The notes beneath the pieces were generated by a model. That model did no database searches and was not told the origin of the DNA. It saw nothing but the letters and a program-made list of their open reading frames with translations. 64,000 nt of DNA, taken from positions 51,336,001 through 51,400,000 of the forward strand of contig OZ241827.1 in NCBI GenBank assembly GCA_965202585.1, in the 5' to 3' direction. Positions 29,701 through 41,700 of the stretch are shown here, piece by piece (within the stretch, counting starts at the first letter, position 1; each line of letters opens with the position of its first letter). The position numbers and the translations under genes are program-made. Source of the stretch: Thalia democratica (Eukaryota).

Positions 29701-32700
29701 TTTTATTAATGTTTATAATCTATACCTCAGGTGTAAGTGTAGTAGTTGTGCATTCAACAGTTTTGTTAACTACTTCGCTATTTTCATCACAATATACCAT
29801 GAAACAAGTTCCGTCTGAGTTGACAGTTCCGATAATTTGCCCTGAAAACAAATTATTTAAATTAAATAAAACTAAAAAACATAAAAAACTACCATTTCTG
29901 AACAAAAATATTACCTTGAGTAAACTGTAAGTGATTCCATTCGCAATGTTTTTCAACAATTTCAGTTGTTGTAACAACGAATGGTGTTGTTGTATCGACG
30001 TTATCGTCAGGTGTTGTAGTGAAAATATCAGTAACTGGGTTTGTGTCCTTTATTTTTAAATAATTTTTGGTTAATTTTCAAGCGTAGATATATAATAGTT
30101 TAATATAAATAAAATTTTTATAGAGTTTAAAGTTTAACTGACTGGTCTTGTTGTTGATGGACAATCAACGGACTTCTTTTTGATCTCGCTATCCTTGTTG
30201 CAATAAACAAGGAAGCAGTCTTCTCTGACGAGAACAATACCGATCATCTGACCTGCTTCATAGACAAACTGATTGTAGACACATTGCTTTGGTTTAGTTG
30301 TTACAATCGGTGTAGTAGTGTCAATATCTACTGGTCTAGTAGTTTCATCATCTACTGGTGTTGTTGTAGTACTTACTGGTGACTCACATTGGATTTCTTT
30401 TTTGGAAATTTTGCTGTTAGAATCACAATAAACAAGGTAACATGTTCCCTGGAATACAACTCTTCCTACTTCTTGACCTAAGATTTTGAACTTGTTAGTA
30501 ATGCAAGAAACTTATCAAGAATATTGAGACGTAATCAAATAAACCTTGCATGTATTGGAAGTTGTTGTATTGACAATATTTAGTTGGCTCAGTTGTTTCT
30601 ACAAATGGAGTAGAAGTTGATGATGCTGTAGTTGGGCAGTTAACTGTCTTGTTTGCAATATTGCTATCAAGATCGCAGTATACAAGTACACATCCAGACT
30701 CAACAACAACAATTCCAATGACATCACCTGTAATTCGAAAAATTGATTATTTGTCAGTTTAATATTTTGCTTTGGATTCTTGTTTCTTAAAATAAAATTA
30801 CCTGGTGCATAAACGAAGTTCTTCCATTCACACACGCTCGGTGTTACTTGTCTTGGTGTAACTGTGACAACTTCTTCAGTAGTTGTAGTTCCAGTTGTAG
30901 TTACGACCTCTTCAGAAGTAACCTTTTAAAGATTAAAATATTTACTTATAAGGTATTTACGACAAGCAAATTTAGAATAAAGTTAAGAAAAACTATAAAT
31001 AAAAACATTATTTGAACAGCTTGAATTTTGTGCTCTATAATGTAGTCTAGTTTAAGTAAATAAATCATAATTGTTTAATTTGTGAAGTTAGACTCGAATA
31101 AATATATATTTTTTTATAAATGTTTATAATCTATACCTCAGGTGTAAGTGTAGTAGTTGTGCATTCAACAGTTTTGTTAACAACTTCGCTATTTTCATCA
31201 CAATATACCATGAAACAAGTTCCGTCTGAGTTGACAGTTCCGATAATTTGTCCTGAAAAGTTGTTTGTTTATAAAATAAAACTATAAAATATAAAGACTA
31301 TGATTTAAGAAAAAAAATATTACCTGGAGTAAACTGTAAGTGATTCCATTCGCAATGTTTTTCAACAATTTCAGTTGTTGTAACAACGAATGGTGTTGTT
31401 GTATCAACGTTATCGTCAGGTGTTGTAGTGATAATATCAGTAACTGGGTTTGTGTCCTTTATTTTTAATAATTTTTAGTTAATTTTCAAGCGTAGATATG
31501 AAATAGTTTAATACATATTTAATTTTCATAGAGTTTAAAGTTTAACTGACTGGTCTTGTTGTTGATGGACAATCAACGGACTTCTTTTTGATCTCGCTAT
31601 CCTTGTTGCAATAAACAAGGAAGCAGTCTTCTCTGACGAGAACAATACCGATCATCTGACCTGCTTCATAGACAAACTGGTTGTAGACACATTGCTTTGG
31701 TTTAGTTGTTACAATTGGTGTAGTAGTGTCAATATCTACTGGTCTAGTAGTTTCATCATCTACTGGTGTTGTAATAGTACTTACTGGTGATTCACATTGG
31801 ATTTCTTTTTTGGAAATTTTGCTGTTAGAATCACAATAAACAAGGTAACATGTTCCCTGGAATACAACTCTTCCTACTTCTTGACCTAAGATTTTGAACT
31901 TGTTAGTAATGCAAGAAACTTATCAAGAATATTAACACCTAATTAAATAAACCTGGCATGTATTGGAAGTTGTTGTATTGACAATATTTAGTTGGCTCAG
32001 TTGTTTCTACAAATGGAGTAGAAGTTGATGATGCTGTAGTTGGGCAGTTAACTGTCTTGTTTGCAATATTGCTATCAAGATCGCAGTATACCAGTACACA
32101 TCCAGTATCAACAACAACAATTCCAATGACATCACCTGTAATTCGAAAAAATAGATTTTTTGTCAGTTTAATATTTTGTTGGGGATTCTTGTTTTTAAAA
32201 TAAAATTACCTGGTGCATAAACGAAGTTCTTCCATTCACAAACGCTTGGTGTTACTTGTCTTGGTGTAACTGTATCTACTTCTTCAGTAGTTGTAGTTCC
32301 AGTTGTAGTTACGACTTCTTCAGAAGTAACCTTTTAAAGATTAAAATATTTACTTATAAGGTATTTACGACAAGCAAATTTAGAATAAAGTTAAGAAAAA
32401 CTATAAATAAAAACATTATTTAAACAGCTTGATTTTTGTGCTCTATAATGTAGTCTAGTTTAAGTAAATAAATCATAATTGTTTAATTTGTGAAGTTAGA
32501 CTCGAATAAATATATATTTTTTTATTAATGTTTATAATCTATACCTCAGGTGTAAGTGTAGTAGTTGTGCATTCAACAGTTTTGTTAACTACTTCGCTAT
32601 TTTCATCACAATATACCATGAAACAAGTTCCGTCTGAGTTGACAGTTCCGATAATTTGCCCTGAAAACAAATTATTTAAATTAAATAAAACTAAAAAACA

Positions 32701-35700
32701 TAAAAAACTACCATTTCTGAACAAAAATATTACCTTGAGTAAACTGTAAGTGATTCCATTCGCAATGTTTTTCAACAATTTCAGTTGTTGTAACAACGAT
32801 TGGTGTTGTTGTATCAACGTTATCGTCAGGTGTTGTAGTGAAAATATCAGTAACTGGGTTTGTGTCCTAATTTTTTTAAATAATTTTTGGTTAATTTTCA
32901 AGCATAGATATGAAATAGTTTAATATAAATTTAATTTTCATAGAGTTTAAAGTTTAACTGACTGGTCTTGTTGTTGATGGACAATCAACGGACTTCTTTT
33001 TGATCTCGCTATCCTTGTTGCAATAAACAAGGAAGCAGTCTTCTCTGACGAGAACAATACCGATCATCTGACCTGCTTCATAGACAAACTGGTTGTAGAC
33101 ACATTGCTTTGGTTTAGTTGTTACAATTGGTGTAGTAGTGTCAATATCTACTGGTCTAGTAGTTTCATCATCTACTGGTGTTGTAATAGTACTTACTGGT
33201 GATTCACATTGGATTTCTTTTTTGGAAATTTTGCTGTTAGAATCACAATAAACAAGGTAACATGTTCCCTGGAATACAACTCTTCCTACTTCTTGACCTA
33301 AGATTTTGAACTTGTTAGTAATGCAAGAAACTTATCAAGATTATTAACACCTAATTAAATAAACCTGGCATGTATTGGAAGTTGTTGTATTGACAATATT
33401 TAGTTGGCTCAGTTGTTTCTACAAATGGAGTAGAAGTTGTTGATGCTGTAGTTGGGCAGTTAACTGTCTTGTTTGCAATATTGCTATCAAGATCGCAGTA
33501 TACAAGTACACATCCAGACTCAACAACAACAATTCCAATGACATCACCTGTAATTCGAAAAAATAGATTTTTTGTCAGTTTAATATTTTGCTGGGGATTC
33601 TTGTTTCTTAAAATAAAACTACCTGGTGCATAAACGAAGTTCTTCCATTCACAAACGCTCGGTGTTACTTGTCTTGGTGTAACTGTGACAACTTCTTCAG
33701 TAGTTGTAGTTCCAGTTGTAGTTACGACCTCTTCAGAAGTAACCTTTTAAATATTAAAATATTTACTTATAAGGTATTTACGACAAGCAAATTTAGAATA
33801 AAGTTAAGAAAAACTATAAATAAAAACATTATTTGAACAGCTTGATTTTTGTGCTCTATAATGTAGTCTAGTTTAAGTAAATAAATCATAATTGTTTAAT
33901 TTGTGAAGTTAGACTCGAATAAATATATATTTTTTTATTAATGTTTATAATCTATACCTCAGGTGTAAGTGTAGTAGTTGTGCATTCAACAGTTTTGTTA
34001 ACTACTTCGCTATTTTCATCACAATATATCATGAAACAAGTTCCGTCTGAGTTGACAGTTCCGATAATTTGTCCTGAAAAGTTGTTTGTTTATAAAATAA
34101 AACTATAAAATATAAAGACTATAACTTAAGAAAAAAAAATATTACCTGGAGTAAACTGTAAGTGATTCCATTCGCAATGTTTTTCAACAATTTCAGTTGT
34201 TGTAACAACGAATGGTGTTGTTGTATCGTCGTTATCGTCAGGTGATGTAGTGAAAATATCAGTAACTGGGTTTGTGTCCTAATTTTTTAAAATTAATTTT
34301 TAGTTAATTTTCAAGCGTAGATATATAATAGTTTAATATAAATAAAATTTTTATAGAGTTTAAAGTTTAACTGACTGGTCTTGTTGTTGATGGACAATCA
34401 ACGGACTTCTTTTTGATCTCGCTATCCTTGTTGCAATAAACAAGGAAGCAGTCTTCTCTGACGAGAACAATACCGATCATCTGACCTGCTTCATAGACAA
34501 ACTGGTTGTAGACACATTGCTTTGGTTTAGTTGTTACAATTGGTGTAGTAGTGTCAATATCTACTGGTCTAGTAGTTTCATCATCTACTGGTGTTGTAAT
34601 AGTACTTACTGGTGATTCACATTGGATTTCTTTTTTGGAAATTTTGCTGTTAGAATCACAATAAACAAGGTAACATGTTCCCTGGAATACAACTCTTCCT
34701 ACTTCTTGACCTAAGATTTTGAACTTGTTAGTAATGCAAGAAACTTATCAAGATTATTAACACCTAATTAAATAAACCTGGCATGTATTGGAAGTTGTTG
34801 TATTGACAATATTTAGTTGGCTCAGTTGTTTCTACAAATGGAGTAGAAGTTGATGATGCTGTAGTTGGGCAGTTAACTGTCTTGTTTGCAATATTGCTAT
34901 CAAGATCGCAGTATACAAGTACACATCCAGACTCAACAACAACAATTCCAATGACATCACCTGTAATTCGAAAAAATTGATTGTTTGTCAGTTTTATATT
35001 TTGCTGATGATTCTTGTTTCTTAAATAAATTTACCTGGTGCATAAATGAAGTTCTTCCATTCACAAACGCTCGGTGTTACTTGTCTTGGTGTAACTGTAC
35101 CAACTTCTTCAGTAGTTGTAGTTCCAGTTGTAGTTACGACCTCTTCAGAAGTAACCTTTTAAAGATATTAGATAAAATACTTAGCTTGTAGAAATATTTA
35201 CAATATAAATATTTAGATATTAGTTTCAAATAGAAACTGTTATCAAAAAATATTTGAAATGCTTATTTCTTACTTTAGATCCGTAGTCTAATGTTTTTCT
35301 ATCAAAAACAGATGAAAAGTTACACTAGATTGTGTATTAATTTGACTTAAATGAAAATAGTCTGTACCTCAGGTGTAGGTGTAGTTGTGCATTTCACAGT
35401 TTTGTTAACTACTTCACTGTTTTCATCACAATAGACCATGAAACAAGTTCCGTCTGAGTTGACAGTTCCGATAATTTGTCCTGAAAACAAAGTATTTAAA
35501 CTAAACTAAAAGTTTAAAACATAAAATATAAATAATTATAATTTCTGAACAAAAATATTACCTGGAGTAAATTGTAAGTGATTCCATTCGCAATGTTTTT
35601 CAACAATTTCAGTTGTTGTAACAACGAATGCTGTTGTTGTATCATCGTTATCGTCAGGTGTTGTAGTGAAAATATCAGTAACTGGGTTGGTGTCCTTTAT

Positions 35701-38700
35701 TTTTTAAATAATTTTTAGCTATTTATCGAGCAGAGGTATGAAATAGTTTAATACAAATTAAATTTTCATAGAGTTAAAAGTTTAACTCACCGGTCTTGTT
35801 GTTGATGGACAATCAACGGACTTCTTTTTGATCTCGCTATCCTTGTCGCAGTAAACAAGGAAGCAGTCTTCTCTGACGAGAACAATACCGATCATCTGAC
35901 CTGCTTCATAGACAAACTGGTTATAGACACATTGCTTGGGTTTAGTTGTTACAATTGCTGTTGTAGTAGTGTCAACATCTACTGGTGTTGTAGTATCTAC
36001 TGGTTTTTCACATTCAACAACTTTTTTGACAATTTTGCTGTTTGTATCACAAAAGACTACGTAACATGTTCCTTTGAACACAACTTTTCCTACCTCTTGA
36101 CCTGTTTCATTAAAAACACTAGTTTAACCTGAAGCAGTTAGTGTAGAAAGCTTACAATTGTAATAAATTATTTAATCATATAACTTTATTGGTTAATTAT
36201 TTAAAAAGTTGTAGTCATTTAGTTAACCTGGCAAGTATTCGTAGTTGTTGTATTTGCAGCGTTTTACGGATGGTGTTGACGTAACAATGTTTGTAGTTGA
36301 TACTAATGGTTCTGTCAAAGCTGTTGTCATTTTCATAATTTTTTTTTATGTTCTTTTTTCAAAGTTACGTAAAAAAGAAATCTACAGTCTCATAAAAAGT
36401 TGAAAAAGTCAGTGACGTATTTACTAACATTTTCAAATATGTATTTACTTTAAACCAAAAAGCTACACAAATAAACTTCAAAACTATACTCACCAGCAGT
36501 GGTCGGGCAAGAGACAGTCACGTTGTAAATCTTTCCTTCTTCGTCGCAACTGAGGCGGTAACAAACTCCATTTCCAATCATCAGCCCAATGTTACTTCCT
36601 GTTGCAATTATTTTAATAAAAAAATTCCCGAAGTAAAACAAAAATATATTTAAAACTATTTTTTCTGCTTCACAGTTTTTTAGTTTTCAAAAAAAAAATT
36701 CTACCGGCAACGTAGACGAAGTCGTTGTACTTGCAGTACGGGAGGAGCTCAGTCGTGGTCGTTTCGTTCTTTGTGACGTCATCAGTGGTCGTGACCGCCG
36801 AGCTCGTCGTGTCGATGACGACGGTCGTTGTAACGTCACAGTTGGCCTCGTCGCTGTTGTCTGCGCAATCGTTTGAACCGTCGCATCTTGTAATTTAAAA
36901 TGTATGAATATTTAAACTTTAACTCTACTAGCACACAGCAAATAAAAACTTCAACCTTTGATAAAAACTATAAAAGTTATGCTTAGGTTAAATAAGAAAA
37001 GCTTGCAGGTATTTTTATAATAGTTTAGAATCATTAAAGTTCAAAAAGAGCAATAAAGATATTTTTAGCACTAGATTATTACATTAGTTATTGAAGCTTT
37101 ATTCAAATACATACATTGACTGCAGTTTTTCTTTAAAACAATACTGAATTTTTTCATCAATTAAATAAACTTACAGCCACTCAGGTGGTATGCACTTGTC
37201 ATCGCCACAAACAAACCATCCTTCACTGCATTTCTCTGTTGTTGGTTCACCTAAAAGAAAAATTTGCATTTAAAAGATCAGCTTCAAAGTTTAAACTTTA
37301 TTCTTTACAGTACTCTGTAATACATTTGTTGAGTAAAGATAGTTTTGTGACTTGTAACATAAAAAAATTTAACTTGTGAATAAAACTAGAGATGCAAATT
37401 TATTCTTTTATTTAAAAGTGTCTAACTTGTTTTGGTGGTTGTCATGTAAACCGGGGCGCAGGTGCCGCAGCACGTTCCGGTCACCGGCTTGGCAACGGAT
37501 CCCGGCGGACAGGGCGGACACTTGGTGACGCTGCATGTGACCGTCAGCTGGTCCGTGCATTTGCATCTGGTGCATTCGTCCTCGTTCCAAGTTGAGTTAA
37601 CCTGCAAAAGTTTCAATGCAAGTTAATAAAAGTGTTTAAGATAACTTTTTTTTTTGTGAAAACTATGACAACTCACAGGAACAAAAGAGCTGTCCTGCAA
37701 CTTGCACTTGCCGATTGGCTGGCAGCTGCAGCAAACCCCGTCGTCCGCGTTGTCATTGACAACCTCGTATCCGGGCTCGCAGTCGAGGAAGCAGTGTTCG
37801 CTGCACTTCGTGGTGCCCTCCTCCGTGCATTTGCACAACTGACACTCGCCTTCTTGCCACTTGTCCGATGGCTGCTCGAGTAAGTTGAAAATAGTTAACA
37901 TTGGTACAAGTTAGTATTTTGATTGTTTTTTGCAAAAGCAGTTTGTTGATGCTTGATTGAGAGCGTAGCAAAGAACTCTACGCACAAAACACCGCAAGTA
38001 AAATAAAAATGTCCATTAAAACTACTTTTTTATTTAACCTTTACCAAAACAAGATGTTTACAAGTACTTATAAACCATTTTTGAAAAGAAAACACTAAGT
38101 CTTTACCGTTAACTTATCCAAAATAGTTTAAAATGTCGTAGTAAACATTATGCAAAAAAATAATTAAAAAAATAAAAATATGTACATGTTGGTTGCATTC
38201 GCGTACAGCTGCTGTTGTGGTTGTCATGGTTACAGGAGTTGTAGTTGCAGGGCACCCCTTTTCGTCAGATGCATCGACGCAATCAGCTCTGCCGTCGCAT
38301 AACCAGTCGAGCGGAATGCAAATATCGCCACATTGGTGCTCTGAAGGGCATTTCTTTTCTGTAAAAGAAACAGTTTGCTTAAACATTGGCAATTTAAACA
38401 TAGTTTCAGTAGCGTTTATTAGACTTAAAAACTAAAGTTTTATTAACAATATAAAGATGAATAGTTAATGAATTATCAACTAGTTTTATTTATCATGTCA
38501 AAATAAACTAAAACGGAATGTTATCATATTTAGAAAAAATAATAGTAAAAATTAGAAAGAAGGTATTGTTTGTTTTATTACAACTCTAGCTAACCGCAGA
38601 CAGACGATCTTAGATGAATAGTAAACAAGTTATTGATAAGTTTTGTTCTAAGAGTGAAAAGTTGTACAAAAAGTCTTCACAGTTAAAACTTCTTAATAAT

Positions 38701-41700
38701 ACAACTCAAACCGCAGACGGAGCAGCAGACGTTTTCTTTCTGTACGAGCTGGTAGCCGTCCTGGCAGCTGGTGGCAGGGCACAATGTTTTCAGGCACTCG
38801 GTGGCGCCCTGTTCGTTCTTGCAAGTGCAGTTCTCGCAGGCATTCGGGTTCCAACTCGATCCAACGGTGAGACACCTGGAAAATTTGAAGTTTATAGTTT
38901 AATGTTATTGATGTTGTCAGAATTGTTGACTTAAGTATCATGCCAACAAAACTTTTAATAACCACATACCAAATAGAAAAATGCTGAATTTAACTTCTAC
39001 AAAGTAATATAAAACATTAAACTTTTTCAATTAAATTTCTTCACAAAGTACTTAGTATAAAGTTAATAATTCTTAGGCAAAGCTTTATAGAACTTTTTTG
39101 AAATTAAGACAATATAATACAAGTACGAAACAAACTCTAATCCGACGATGCAACCGGGACATCTGGGTTTTGGGGTGCTGGTCGTCTGAGGGGTGGTGAC
39201 GTCATCACAAATATCAGTACAGATGACCTCATTCTTCATGCATTGACAAGACGAACATTCCGTTTCATTCCACATACCTCCGTTTGGATATCTGTAATAC
39301 GGGAGTATTAAAAAATTATTAAGTAGCTTGTTGTTTTTAGTAAAACTTTTTGATATCTAGAAAGTTATAGGTAATAGTAAATTTTTTTAAACTGGCTTAC
39401 CTAACACCATTAACAACGCAAGATGGAGACATCGTAGTTGTGAGTGGAATACTTGTAAATTCAGAAACTGTTGTTGTCTATAAAACAAAAGTAGTTGAAG
39501 TTGGTTTTTAAGAAATTAGGAAAACCTTAGGAATATTTGTCTTTTCAAATTTAAACAGGAAAATACTTGAAATGGAAGATAACAGTATAAAATGTACATA
39601 TTATTGCAATTCTATGAAAGTTTAAAAATAAAAAACTCTTAGTTCAAGCAAATTAAATAATTACAGTTTCAGTTGCGTTACAATCTACTGTCTTCTTTAC
39701 AATTTTGCTGTTAGAATCACAATAAACAACGTAGCAAGTTCCCTTGAATACAACTTTTCCTACTTCTTCACCTAAAAAATAAAATCATTAATAATGACAT
39801 TGTTAAGTTAAGACATCAAACTACCATCATCAGAAATGTATATACCTGACATGTATTGGAAGTTGTTGTATTGACAATATTTAGTTGGCTCAGTTGTTTC
39901 TACTGATGGAGTAGAAGTTGATGATGCTGTAGTTGGGCAGTTAACCGTCTTGTTTGCAATATTGCTATCAAGATCGCAGTATACAAGTACACATCCAGAC
40001 TCAACAACAACAATTCCAATGACATCACCTGTTGTTTTAGAAATTGTATAAATACTTATCATAATGCGTTAAACAAAAGACCAAATTAGCTCATTACCTG
40101 GTGCATAAACAAAGTTCTTCCATTCACAAACACTTGGTGTTACTTGTCTTGGTGTAACTGTAACAACTTCTTCTGTTGTTCTTGTTGCTTCAGTTGTGGT
40201 TACAAATTCTTCTGAAGTTACCTTAAAGGTTTACAGTATTAAAGTTTTTGTCTTTTTTTATTTCTTACATATCAAATAACATTTACCTCAGGTGTAGGTG
40301 TAGTTGTGCATCCAATAGTTTTGTTAACAATTTCGCTGTTTTCATCGCAATATACCATAAAACAAGTTCCGTCTGAGCTAACTTTTCCGACGATTTGACC
40401 TAAAAAATAAGGTAGTTAGTTTGCATACATTCAAAAATAATATTTAAACTATTTCAAAATAAAAGACCTGGTGTAAACTGTAAGTGATTCCATTCGCAAT
40501 GTTTTTCAACAATTTCAGTTGTTGTAACAACGATTGGTGTTGTTGTATCAACGTTATTGTCAGGTGATGTAGTGAAAATATCAGTAACTGTGGTTGTATC
40601 CTAATGGTTTAATGGAGTTTTAGATAAAAGCTCATAAGGTTTTATAAACGAAAACATTATTTTCACTTACTGGTCTTGTAGTTGAAGGACAGTCAACGGA
40701 CTTCTTTTTGATCTCGCTATCCTTGTCGCAATAAACAAGTAAGCAGTCTTCTCTGACGAGAACAATACCGATCATCTGACCTGCTTCGTAGACAAACTGG
40801 TTGTAGACACATTGTTTTGGTTTAGTTGTGACAATTGGTGTAGTAGTGTCAATATCTACTGGTGTAGTAGTATCTACTGGCGTTGAAACTGGGGTCTGTT
40901 TGTTTATTTTTAAATAAGTGTGCATTCTCAAAAAGCTTTTAACATATAAATAAATCTTAAACTTACATTTTCACATTCAACTGTTTTTTTAACAATTTTG
41001 CTGTCAGAATCACAATAAACAACGTAGCATGTTCCTTGGAATACAACTCTTCCTACTTCTTGACCTAAGATTTTAGAATCGTTAGCAATGCAACAAACTT
41101 ATCAATAATATTAACACCTAATCTAATAAACCTGGCATGTATTGGAAGTTGTTGTATTGACAGTATTTAGTTGGCTCAGTTGTTTCTACAAATGGAGTAG
41201 AAGTTGATGATGCTGTAGTTGGGCAGTTAACCGTCTTGTTTGCAATATTGCTATCAAGATCGCAGTATACAAGTACACATCCAGAATCAACAACAACAAT
41301 TCCAATGACATCACCTGTAATTCAAAAAAATATTGCTTGTTTTTACTATAAAATTAGCTTATAAGTCTTGTTTTTAATAAAATTACCTGGTGCATAAACA
41401 AAGTTCTTCCATTCACAAACGCTCGGTGTTACTTGTCTTGGTGTAACTGTATCAACTTCTTCTGTAGTTGTACTTCCAATTGTAGTTACGACTTCTTCAG
41501 AAGTTACCTGTTTATAAATACACAATAAAATATCAAAATTGAAAAATTCTACATGAACAAATAAAACTGTTAGAGAGTTGTTAATAATATTAACAGCAAT
41601 GTTTTTAGTTTGTTTAACTTATATCGTCATAGAAATTGTAAAAAAAAACTTTTTAAACTTTTCAAATAGTTTTAGCCTATTGATTGAACTGTTTCTTTTT

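Noticed and set aside
6164-32901. Repeated ORF-track proteins such as [14 protein letters not shown]... and [18 protein letters not shown]...
   Set aside because: They are exon fragments read into introns or in shifted frames; splicing gives the coherent Cys/Thr module frame.
5373-36101. Regularly spaced near-identical blocks resembling a CRISPR array or satellite DNA
   Set aside because: Units are about 1.4 kb, contain five frame-preserving GT-AG exons each and are continuous with the unique coding exons; there are no unique spacers and no cas genes.
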